A stretch of DNA of 64,000 nt from contig OX597820.1 in the NCBI GenBank assembly GCA_951406725.2, forward strand, positions 64,294,001 to 64,358,000, given 5' to 3'. Both the position numbers and the translations under genes were made by a program. Under the pieces are notes generated by a model. The model was not told the DNA's origin, did no database searches, and was given only the letters and a program-made list of their open reading frames with translations. Of this stretch, positions 1-11,102 are shown piece by piece. This DNA is from Octopus vulgaris (lineage: Eukaryota). Within the stretch, counting starts at the first letter, position 1, and each line of letters starts with the position of its first letter.

Positions 1-1897
1 TCGATCCTTGATTATGTCTTTTAATTCATTACTTTGGGCAATGATTGGTAGGTTTGCTTTGGCAATGTTGAAGATATTCTGGTGACATGGGTTGTGTGTC
101 ACTATGAATGGTATGACTTGTTCTTGTTTTCCTCTTCCTTGGGTTGTCCTAAGTTGTTGTATAGGTATTTTTATAGCCCGCTGTATGCCATTTTCTATAA
201 GTAGAGATGGGTATTTTTGTTTGAGCAAAAATTCTCTTAGTTCTATTAGGCGTTTGTTCCTGATATTTGCATCTTCTACAATAGTACAAATTCTTCTGGC
301 TAGGCAGTATGGGATGTTACGTTTTGTATGTGGTGGATGGCACGACTTAAAATTTAGGTATTGATGTGTGTCTGTGTGTTTATAGTATATATCTGTGGTG
401 ATGGTGGTGTCTTTTTTAATTACCATTATATCCAGGAATGGTAATTTGGTACTACTCATCTCCTTTGTAAATTTGAGAGATGGGTGTAGGTTGTTCAGGA
501 GGATATTGAACTCTTCCAGAGTATTTAGAGATTCTGTCCAGATTATGAAACAGTCGTCTAGGTATCTCTTCCATGCCTTTTCAATATACTTTCTAAATCC
601 AGTGCCATAGTTTACCTCCACCTCTTGGTAGAGTTGTTCTTCTAAGTATCCCATTACAGAGTTGGCGTAAACGGGAGCAAACCTCGTTCCCATCGCCGTG
701 CCTCTAATTTGGATGTAATTCTTTCCATTGAAGAAGAATGTGTTATTTTCTAGAATAAGTTTGACTGTGTCTAATATAAATGGCACTGTGAATCTGCTGG
801 GAATCACTTCTCTATGTTTTTCTAACCAGTATTTAATCGCCTTTATTCCTAAATCGTGTGGAATATTGGTGTAGAGGCTTACCACATCAAAACTTAGTAA
901 AACTGAATTTGTTTCTGTTGTTTTGGGAAGATGGGACAGGAAGTCGATGTCATCCCTGATGAAACTTGGTATGTAAGTACATAGTGGTTTCAAAACAATG
1001 TCAATAAAATTGCTTAGACGGTGTGTAGGGCATGCTGGACCAGCTATAATAGGTCTAAGTTTTAGGTCTTTTGGATGTAATAATTTTATGTACTCACTTT
1101 CTTGTTCTTTTACTGCCTGTTGAATGTTTTTTGATTTGTGTATTTTTGGTAAGCCGTAGAAGTTGCTGGGTTTTGGTTCAAAATTGGTGATGTAGTCTTT
1201 TTCATTATCCGTAAGTGAGTTGTGGTGTGTTGAAATCAGGTTGTTGATCTTTTTCATGATGTGGTGGTCTATATTTGCGGGTATTTCACAATAGAAGGTT
1301 GTATCCTTCAGTTGGTCTTCAACCAAATCCTTATAGTATTCGGTATCCATAATAACAATTGCACCACCTTTACCTGCTTGTTTAATTATTATTGTTTGAT
1401 CGTTTTGTATACGTTTACATGCAGACATCTCTGATTTGCTAATGTTTGGCCTAACATTGGTATTGCGTCTAAGGGGAAATTTAGACAGGATATCAATGTA
1501 TTGGTCAAGGTAGTTATTTCTTCCTTTTGGTGGGGTGAAATTTGATTTATTCCTTACTAGGGATTCATCAATCTCATTACTTTTGTTAGCGAAGAATTCT
1601 ACAAGTCGTAATTTTCGACAGAATTTTTGGATATCCTCCTTTAATTCTTGGTGGTTGGCTGTTGGTGTAGGTGTGAATTTCAGTCCTTTTGACAGAAGTT
1701 GGATTTCATCATTGTCAAGATCTCTTTTTGATAAATTAATTATTTTAGGATCTATACGTTCAGTTGTTTGGGGTATGTTTCCTCTTCGATTTTTTCTTTC
1801 TCCGGTGTTTGTTGTCCTGACGTAAAAAAATGGATTTTTTTCTGGTTATGATTTATATTCCTGTTGATGTTTGCTTGATGAATTTTGCGTTTTGGTT
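1..1897 (-). mobile_element. Inverted, 5'-truncated copy of the adjacent Penelope-like element (runs off the window edge)
   Basis: Position x is the reverse complement of position 4861-x from 1..1897 (matches 2964..4860). Mirrored ORFs in the track (92..364 vs 4497..4769, 395..610 vs 4251..4466, 1535..1825 vs 3036..3326) are identical. One substitution was noticed (1373 vs 3488). Confidence 0.95.
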
Positions 1898-2005
1898 TAG
1901 AGGATTGACACACAATCCTCTATTTTAAAGGAAATAGAAAAACAGTCTACAGACGGAAAACTTGGAAATGAACACATAAACTCTGAAATTAAGAATTTAG
2001 CTGAA

Positions 2006-3109
2006 ATGATACCAACAATTATAAAATCTACAAGAGAAAGCCTACCACAACCTCCTTGGATGTCAGAAATAAACGAAAGAAATCTGGAAAAAGAGGCACA
2101 CCGAAAAAGAGAAGAGATACAGAAGACATGGAAAAAACTCCTTAACATAAGAAAACAAAACTTCTGGAAGGCATATAAATGCGAAAAATATGCTGAAATA
2201 CATTCGAAATGGATATCTTTAGCGGCACCCATACTTCCTCGGAAGTACCTAATTAAAGAAATTGCAGGAGAACCAGAGGAAGAAACTAAACTTCGATGGG
2301 ACCTTAGTTTGATAAAATTCAGGACCGACATCTCCATTACCCTGTCTAAACAATCCCGCTACAAAGCCAAATACGAAGCTATCGATGATCAAATCAGAGA
2401 TGAAATATCCAAACTAACGACCGGCAATATAGCAGAAAAAATGCGAGAACTATGGATCAGAGATATCTCAAAAGAAGAAAGCAGATCAAGAAAGTTTTGG
2501 CAGCGGAAACAATTATTTCTCGACAAATATGCTACAAATTACGGTAAAGACACCAGAACTCCGAGAAATAGCATTAAAAGTGGACAACCTCACCAACGCA
2601 ACATACACCAGAACACGTGGCAACATGAACAACCGTTTCACCACGAATCGAAGACGAACTACGGTAAGAACTCTTCCCATTTTGTATGCAAACACCCTAA
2701 TGCACACAACATGAACAAAAAGCACAAACAAAATAGATATTGTTTTGAACAGACCATTAGCAGTAGAAATAACAGGAGATCATTTTCAAGACCTCAACAG
2801 AGATTACCCACAAGAAACTGGACGAAAAACCGATCTAGATCTAGAAGTAAACCCAGATCATTTCTCCAGGTGGTTAAAAACAATGCTAACAAGAAATTGA
2901 AAAGTAGCATACATAATACCAAAAACAAGACAGAAAACATAACGAAACCAAGTAAAGTACCACAACCAAAACGCAAAATTCATCAAGCAAACATCAACAG
3001 GAATATAAATCATAACCAGAAAAAAATCCATTTTTTTACGTCAGGACAACAAACACCGGAGAAAGAAAAAATCGAAGAGGAAACATACCCCAAACAACTG
3101 AACGTATAG
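2006..3109 (+). CDS. ORF1 of the PLE: helical/charged N-half, basic Arg/Ser/Lys/Asn-rich C-half (putative nucleic-acid-binding protein)
   Basis: 367-aa ORF with the same A-rich codon style as pol. The frame is open from 1901, directly after the TAG at the inversion junction, so the true start is lost. No recognised domain. Confidence 0.65.
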   Translation: MIPTIIKSTRESLPQPPWMSEINERNLEKEAHRKREEIQKTWKKLLNIRKQNFWKAYKCEKYAEIHSKWISLAAPILPRKYLIKEIAGEPEEETKLRWDLSLIKFRTDISITLSKQSRYKAKYEAIDDQIRDEISKLTTGNIAEKMRELWIRDISKEESRSRKFWQRKQLFLDKYATNYGKDTRTPRNSIKSGQPHQRNIHQNTWQHEQPFHHESKTNYGKNSSHFVCKHPNAHNMNKKHKQNRYCFEQTISSRNNRRSFSRPQQRLPTRNWTKNRSRSRSKPRSFLQVVKNNANKKLKSSIHNTKNKTENITKPSKVPQPKRKIHQANINRNINHNQKKIHFFTSGQQTPEKEKIEEETYPKQLNV

Positions 3110-5343
3110 ATCCTAAAATAATTAATTTATCAAAAAGAGATCTTGACAATGATGAAATCCAACTTCTGTCAAAAGGACTGAAATTCACACCTACACCAAC
3201 AGCCAACCACCAAGAATTAAAGGAGGATATCCAAAAATTCTGTCGAAAATTACGACTTGTAGAATTCTTCGCTAACAAAAGTAATGAGATTGATGAATCC
3301 CTAGTAAGGAATAAATCAAATTTCACCCCACCAAAAGGAAGAAATAACTACCTTGACCAATACATTGATATCCTGTCTAAATTTCCCCTTAGACGCAATA
3401 CCAATGTTAGGCCAAACATTAGCAAATCAGAGATGTCTGCATGTAAACGTATACAAAACGATCAAACAATAATAATTAAACAAGCAGATAAAGGTGGTGC
3501 AATTGTTATTATGGATACCGAATACTATAAGGATTTGGTTGAAGACCAACTGAAGGATACAACCTTCTATTGTGAAATACCCGCAAATATAGACCACCAC
3601 ATCATGAAAAAGATCAACAACCTGATTTCAACACACCACAACTCACTTACGGATAATGAAAAAGACTACATCACCAATTTTGAACCAAAACCCAGCAACT
3701 TCTACGGCTTACCAAAAATACACAAATCAAAAAACATTCAACAGGCAGTAAAAGAACAAGAAAGTGAGTACATAAAATTATTACATCCAAAAGACCTAAA
3801 ACTTAGACCTATTATAGCTGGTCCAGCATGCCCTACACACCGTCTAAGCAATTTTATTGACATTGTTTTGAAACCACTATGTACTTACATACCAAGTTTC
3901 ATCAGGGATGACATCGACTTCCTGTCCCATCTTCCCAAAACAACAGAAACAAATTCAGTTTTACTAAGTTTTGATGTGGTAAGCCTCTACACCAATATTC
4001 CACACGATTTAGGAATAAAGGCGATTAAATACTGGTTAGAAAAACATAGAGAAGTGATTCCCAGCAGATTCACAGTGCCATTTATATTAGACACAGTCAA
4101 ACTTATTCTAGAAAATAACACATTCTTCTTCAATGGAAAGAATTACATCCAAATTAGAGGCACGGCGATGGGAACGAGGTTTGCTCCCGTTTACGCCAAC
4201 TCTGTAATGGGATACTTAGAAGAACAACTCTACCAAGAGGTGGAGGTAAACTATGGCACTGGATTTAGAAAGTATATTGAAAAGGCATGGAAGAGATACC
4301 TAGACGACTGTTTCATAATCTGGACAGAATCTCTAAATACTCTGGAAGAGTTCAATATCCTCCTGAACAACCTACACCCATCTCTCAAATTTACAAAGGA
4401 GATGAGTAGTACCAAATTACCATTCCTGGATATAATGGTAATTAAAAAAGACACCACCATCACCACAGATATATACTATAAACACACAGACACACATCAA
4501 TACCTAAATTTTAAGTCGTGCCATCCACCACATACAAAACGTAACATCCCATACTGCCTAGCCAGAAGAATTTGTACTATTGTAGAAGATGCAAATATCA
4601 GGAACAAACGCCTAATAGAACTAAGAGAATTTTTGCTCAAACAAAAATACCCATCTCTACTTATAGAAAATGGCATACAGCGGGCTATAAAAATACCTAT
4701 ACAACAACTTAGGACAACCCAAGGAAGAGGAAAACAAGAACAAGTCATACCATTCATAGTGACACACAACCCATGTCACCAGAATATCTTCAACATTGCC
4801 AAAGCAAACCTACCAATCATTGCCCAAAGTAATGAATTAAAAGACATAATCAAGGATCGAGCTATGGTGCTTAGTAAAAGACAGCCTAAAAACTTGAAAA
4901 CATTACTAACAAAGGCAAAATTTGACCTCAGCAACAAAGACCAAACATTCACGGTATCTAAATGCAATGATAGCCGATGTGGCACATGCCAATTCATACA
5001 TACCGGTCAATATATAAACACAAAAACCGGGAAAATATTCACAAACGCGAATATGAACTGCAAAAGCAGAAATTTAATTTACTGCATCAAATGCCCAAAT
5101 TGTGAAGAAATATATGTAGGTCAGACGGGAAACGCACTATTAGAACGCTCACGTGTACACCGGCAACAGATTAGAGACCCAGAGGTCCGTCAGATACCTT
5201 TGAGTAACCACCTAGCAACATGTGGTCGGAAAATATATATAATATTTCCATTCTACAAATTACACAGCCCAAGTGAAATCGAGAGGAAAATCAGAGAAAA
5301 GAATTTTATTGATAAATTCGAACCCAAGCTAAATAAGCAATAA
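3016..5343 (+). CDS. PLE pol: reverse transcriptase + Zn-finger-like linker + GIY-YIG endonuclease
   Basis: The frame opens after TAA 3013-3015. PLE N-terminal motif INLSKRDL..EIQLLSKGLKFTPTP starts at 3121, upstream of the first ATG (3433). Motifs: ADKGG, FYGLPKIHK, LRPII, FDVVSLYTNIP, GTAMG, RYLDD, LPFLD, YYKHTD, SCHP; linker CNDSRCGTC; NLIYCIKCPNCEEIYVGQT..R..H; C-terminal PKLN. Confidence 0.93.
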   Translation, partial: PEKNPFFYVRTTNTGERKNRRGNIPQTTERIDPKIINLSKRDLDNDEIQLLSKGLKFTPTPTANHQELKEDIQKFCRKLRLVEFFANKSNEIDESLVRNKSNFTPPKGRNNYLDQYIDILSKFPLRRNTNVRPNISKSEMSACKRIQNDQTIIIKQADKGGAIVIMDTEYYKDLVEDQLKDTTFYCEIPANIDHHIMKKINNLISTHHNSLTDNEKDYITNFEPKPSNFYGLPKIHKSKNIQQAVKEQESEYIKLLHPKDLKLRPIIAGPACPTHRLSNFIDIVLKPLCTYIPSFIRDDIDFLSHLPKTTETNSVLLSFDVVSLYTNIPHDLGIKAIKYWLEKHREVIPSRFTVPFILDTVKLILENNTFFFNGKNYIQIRGTAMGTRFAPVYANSVMGYLEEQLYQEVEVNYGTGFRKYIEKAWKRYLDDCFIIWTESLNTLEEFNILLNNLHPSLKFTKEMSSTKLPFLDIMVIKKDTTITTDIYYKHTDTHQYLNFKSCHPPHTKRNIPYCLARRICTIVEDANIRNKRLIELREFLLKQKYPSLLIENGIQRAIKIPIQQLRTTQGRGKQEQVIPFIVTHNPCHQNIFNIAKANLPIIAQSNELKDIIKDRAMVLSKRQPKNLKTLLTKAKFDLSNKDQTFTVSKCNDSRCGTCQFIHTGQYINTKTGKIFTNANMNCKSRNLIYCIKCPNCEEIYVGQTGNALLERSRVHRQQIRDPEVRQIPLSNHLATCGRKIYIIFPFYKLHSPSEIERKIREKNFIDKFEPKLNKQ

Positions 5344-5660
5344 TAATAATACTTAGAGGTATTACTTCCACTGCTACGACCATGACCACTAACAACAACA
5401 ACAATACTAAAGGTGATCAAGACGAAGATAGCAGGAAAATTATCTTATTTAGGGTTAAAAGCTCTATTGCCACCACCATCACCACTAGCAACAATAATTA
5501 AGGTGCTGACAATGATGATGATGACAATTGAAATATAAAAATATAAAAATCTCTGACAAAGGATATTTACAACATTTCTAAAAATAACCCAACAATTGCT
5601 GCTTCGGCCAGGGTCAAGATACAGGACTCTTGACCTGTCCAACAAAGCATGATGCCTAAA

Positions 5661-5802
5661 CCAATCAGCTCAACCAACCAATCAGCTTAAGTAATTGAGT
5701 GATACTACACACTGATTGGTCAGAATACAGTTTGCAAAACCTAGCACTCTGGAGCCTACCCAGCTGTATTTATAGCACAGAATCACTCATCTTGCTACAG
5801 TC
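5661..5802 (+). promoter_or_regulatory. Putative Pol II promoter in the pLTR
   Basis: CCAAT at 5661 and 5678, ATTGG at about 5715, TATTTATA at 5767-5774, and an Inr-like CAGTC about 30 bp downstream, just upstream of the hammerhead. Confidence 0.45.
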
Positions 5803-5837
5803 AAAAATTGTGAAGCATGACTGTCAACACTACTACA

Positions 5838-5882
5838 TGAACCCGAAGATTGCAGAATTCAATGCATGAAAGTACTAGTTCA
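5838..5882 (+). ncRNA. Minimal type I hammerhead ribozyme, U4C core variant
   Basis: tgaac-CCGAAGA-t.tgca.gaattcaa.tgca.t-GAAA-gtac-TA-gttca: stem I tgaac/gttca, palindromic stem III AGTACT. Located in the PLE 3' pLTR. Confidence 0.7.
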
Positions 5883-6046
5883 ATCAGAATGAATATTTAA
5901 CATTCTACTATTTCATTTTATTTTATTCAATTATAATATATTATCTTATAATATATCATTATAAGATTGTAAATAAAACGTGAAAATCAGACAAGGTTGG
6001 AATTCTTTTTATTAATATATTCTTCTATACACAATCACACACACCC

Positions 6047-6621
<575 letters not shown>

Positions 6622-7464
6622 AAGGGTTGTGGTTTTTATTTTATCTTTATACACACACACACAAACACACAGACACACGCGCACAGACACACGCACATGT
6701 ACACACACTGAAATACATACGGAAACATAAACAGAAAGATAGCAAATAGACAGACTGAGAGGAAACAGCGATCATAAATTATATTATATAACTTTTGCAT
6801 AATAGGACAGGTACGTCTGATATCAGACTCGTTTGCTTTGTAATAATGTATTTTCCATTTGTTGGAAAGAATACGAAATGGCGTACTTTTATATATAATC
6901 AAAGACAGATCATAGATCAACGCAGTAAAACACACAAACACACACACACACACACATGTATAGAATCATACATGGAGAATTATGATTCAAAATGAAAGGG
7001 GTAAGTTTTTGAGGTGGAAGGTTAGAGAAACTATGCATTAAGTACATCTATTATCTTTCTGAATAGTACAGCACTGCAGCCTGGTCGCCTGATATGTTAC
7101 AAATTGCAGCGAAACGTCCCTCAATTCATGTCAGTTGTAAAATACCAATCGAGTCTCGTTAACTTTCCTCACGTAGCAGTAAAAACACCTGACATCGTAG
7201 CATCCTAAATACAGCGAATTATATCAAACAAATGCTGCATTGCATGTCCTACTGAATTCATAATATACGAATGGGAAAAAAACTATTACAGGTAAAACGC
7301 CTCATGCCTTTGATCTCCTTTGTCTCACCTGGTGGTATAGTAAAAACATTGTTACCATTCACTGGAAGAAAATAAATAAGCCCCCCCCCCAAAAAAAAAA
7401 CACACTGACGTATACATACTTGCACAGACGCACATGTACTCGTATATACCTATACATCTACATA

Positions 7465-8685
7465 CAGGCTGCTTAAGGTATTTGAGGACATACCTTTTTT
7501 GATCATTGCTACATTTTTTTTTTGCTAACACTCTATAATCTTTGTTTCAGAAAATTATAATAGCAGACCCTCAGCTTCCACGAGGAATGAAGAGGCATGT
7601 TGATATTGTAGTTATAAAGGTCGAGCATAGCGATTTCGAAATATCTTAACTTTTAAAAGAGTTAGAGATTGAAGATGAAAAGCAATATCACCAGTATTGA
7701 AGCAGAAAAATCATTCTAAATGCCCATAAATCATCAGAATACCTGAATTTATCCAGCATGTTCAACAGATCATTGATTGCAATCCCAGAAAGTCCATACG
7801 GTCAATTGCAAAACATCTCCATGTGTCAGAAGGATCAGTCTCAAATGGTCACCACGAAGACATTAGATATAAGTCTTATATGATGAGGAAAGGTCAATTT
7901 ATTTCAAAAAAAGCAAAAGAAAATCACTAGATCAGATCTAAAAGGCTCTTAAACAATCAGAAAAATCCAGAAGAAGATTTGATTTGATTTTTCTCAAACA
8001 AGAACATTGACCAAGATTTAAAAAGTTATCAGAAGAAATGACAGATTGTTATGTGCAGACATTTCTGAAGTTCCAAGCGTTAAACGTAAAAAATTTTCTG
8101 CAACTGTCATGTCTTTAAAGGTTGTCAGCAATGAAGGACATGTGAAGCCTTCTTACTTCTTACCACTGCTACCTATATTGAGGCATTGGAAACAGTTGTT
8201 AAGCCCTGAATTAAGAGTGTTTGCAATGGAAGGCAATATGTGTTTCAGTAAGATTCTGCAACGTCACATCGTAAGACTCTGCACTATCACACATGAATAA
8301 CTGACTGAAAATATTAATGTTCACATAACCCCTAACAGTCGGCCTCCTAATTCTCCAAATCTCAATCCATTGGACTACTACATGTGGATCGTTTTTGAGA
8401 GAGAGGTCAATGAACACGCCAATAACACCAAAGGTTATTTGAAAGCTGGCATAGTCATAGCAATGCACAAAATTAACCAGGACCACTTGATTCGAGCATA
8501 TAGAGGATTTGGATCTCATATAGGAAGAGGTACTGAAGCTGAAAGTGGATGTATTGAATAACATTATAGAAAAGAAGCTTTATTTTATCCTCATAGCACA
8601 CTTTGATAAATAAACTTATTTTGTGTTATTATATATCTGTGTTTTTATAAACATAAATTTGTTCTCAAATATCTTACGCCCCCTG
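7465..8685 (+). mobile_element. Decayed Tc1/mariner-superfamily DNA transposon (maT/DD37D-like)
   Basis: Imperfect TIRs caggctgcttaaggtatttgaggaca / tgttctcaaatatcttacgccccctg, each flanked by TA. Transposase remnant RPPNSPNLNPLDYYMW...GCIE at 8340-8561, with stops and frameshifts elsewhere. Confidence 0.8.
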
Positions 8686-8691
8686 TATATA

Positions 8692-8799
<108 letters not shown>

Positions 8800-9162
8800 C
8801 ACACACATATATATATATATATATGTATCTATGTATGTATATGTATTCTTTGATTCTTTGATTCTTTCATATGCTTCAGCCCTAAGGCTGTGACATGATG
8901 GAGCTCCGCCAGTGTAATCACCTTTTCAATGGCCAATTTTGTGTGATTGTCTTGTGATGAGACTGCTGCCCTTTTTTGAGATTCTTGTGTTATCTGCTTA
9001 TATATATATATATTCATATATATATATTTATATATATATATCTATATGTGCTTGTGCGTGTGCGCGCGCGCGCATGTGTATGTGTGCGCTCGCGCTTGTG
9101 TATGTATGTAAGTGAGTGTGTGTGTGTGTGCGTGTGTGTGCATGTGTGTGTGTGTGTTTGTG

Positions 9163-9216
<54 letters not shown>

Positions 9217-9615
9217 CCATCCTCAGTGAGCTAATTAGCCAGAAAGTCTTTGCTGAAATGTAAATGCCACTAAAAAATACTGCTTTAAAGTTTAAAATCG
9301 AGAAAATAATACAGAAAACTATTGATTTTCTAGTTTTACGAATACTAAGCATTAAGAATAATAATTTTTCCAAGAAGTTCTGTTGTTAGTCTGGGTCTTC
9401 TAAAGCCTTAAGTTGAATTTCTTTTTTCTTTCTGTTACATTCATGTTTCAAACACACCAGACCAATTATTGTTTGTCAACCACTGATGTCAGTTGTATGG
9501 TCCATCCCAAAGTCCTGAAATTTTGGTGGAGGGAAATAGTTCCTTACATCGGCCTCGGTACAAAACTGGTGCTTATTTCATCGATCACTCCAGTGCTCAA
9601 CTGATATTTATATCA

Positions 9616-10000
9616 TCTCTCTATATATAAACGGCAGTTTGTCTGTGCGTGTTTCTGTGTGTCTGTTTGCTTGTACCCTCACCCTGACCACGGCTTTCAA
9701 CCGATTCTGATGAAACTTGACACACACATAGCCCAATGTCATAATTCAAAACTAACGCAGCCAAAATTTTGAAAAGTTTCCCCAGTTCTGAAAAAAATCG
9801 ATAAATTCGACATGGGGTCGAGAATCAGAAACACGAACCACAAACTGTCTAGGGGACGCAACTCCATCCTTTTTTAACTCTCAAAAAAAAATTTACCATC
9901 ATTTTTTTCCATTTTTTGCTATTTTTTGGCTATAACTCTCTAAAAATGCTTTATAGTTATTTCCCTTACAAACCTGAGCAACGCCGGGCGATACTGCTAG
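9616..10000 (+). mobile_element. Non-autonomous Helitron
   Basis: Begins TC (tctctctatatataaa) after an A. Ends with a GC-rich hairpin (cctgagcaacgccggg) and CTAG followed by T. No TSD. Confidence 0.75.
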
Positions 10001-10327
10001 TCGACATATAAAAGACGAATGAGGAAGTCGACTGCGGCAAACTTTTATCTCTGAACATAATAGTGATCCCTTTTCTTGTCGGTGAATAGATTATGAACCA
10101 TAACTGGGCAGACACTTCATATGTGTAATTTCACATATGAATATCCGGATGAAATCTGGTTGATCATGTTACTACACAGCTGACCAGAGATTCAACAAAA
10201 TTCCAACTACCGTAAATCTGCGCTGTCATACTCATACAAATAGACAAATATAACTAAATTGTTCAAGGAGAAATCACTGGCATACTGCAACGCACTGTTT
10301 AGATATAGGAGACACACAGTAAACAAT

Positions 10328-11102
10328 CTTTTCTACTCTAAGCACAAGGGCCGAAATTTTAAGGGCCACTCGATTAGATCTATCCCAGTATGTAGCTGAT
10401 ACTTAATTTATCGACCCTGAAAGGATGAATAGCAAAGTCGACCTCGGCGGAATTTGAACTCAGAACGTAAATAAAGACGAAATGCTGCTAAGTATTTCGT
10501 CCGGCGTGCTAACGCTTCTTATTTCTTTACTACCCACAAAGGGCTACACACCGAGGGGACAAACAAGGAGAGACAAACGGATTAAGTCGATTACATGGAC
10601 CTCAGTGCGTAACTGGTACTTATTTAATCGACCCTGAAAGGATGAAAGGCAAAGTCGACCTCGGCGGAATTTGAACTCAGAACGTAGAGGAGAAATACTT
10701 ATTTCTTTACTACCCACAAGGAGCTAAACACAGAGAGGGCAAACAAGGACAGATAAACGGATTAAGTCGATTATATCGATCCCAGTGCGTAACTGGTACT
10801 TGTTTAATCGACCCCGAAAGAATGAAAAGCAAAGTCGACCTCGGCGGAATTTGAACTCAGAACGTAGCGGCAGACGAAATACCTATTTCTTTACTACCCA
10901 CAAGGGGCTAAACACAGCGAGGACAAACAAGGACAGAAAATGGATTAAGTCGATTATATCGACCCCGGTGCATAAATGGTATTTATTTAATCGACCCCGA
11001 AAGGATGAAAAGAAAGTCGACCTCGGCATGATTTGAACTCAGAACGTAGCGTCAAACGAAATACCACTAAGCATTTCGCCCGATTCTGGCAGTTCGCCGC
11101 CT
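10328..11102 (-). mobile_element. tRNA-derived SINE cluster: one monomer plus a head-to-tail trimer (period about 180-184 bp); Meta-domain-like core
   Basis: Repeated core gcctttcatcctttcggggtcgattaaataagtaccag and B-box-like gagttcaaattcc on the minus strand. Head ggcggcga.ctg at 11102. Confidence 0.85.

Larger units (their letters stand above)
1898..6045 (+). mobile_element. Penelope-like retroelement, Neptune-type (ORF1 + RT/GIY-YIG pol + 3' pLTR with hammerhead), 5'-truncated at the inversion junction
   Basis: RT and GIY-YIG motifs, Cys-rich linker and 3' hammerhead motif; ends next to a (TA)n tract. The 3' boundary is approximate. Confidence 0.9.

Noticed and set aside
92-4997. Short ORFs antisense to PLE pol/ORF1, some duplicated
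   Set aside because: Shadow frames of the retroelement; the duplication is explained by the inverted copy.
10519-11102. Regularly spaced repeats suggesting a CRISPR array (also 36582-36657)
   Set aside because: Whole units repeat with no unique spacers, there are no cas genes, and the context is eukaryotic.
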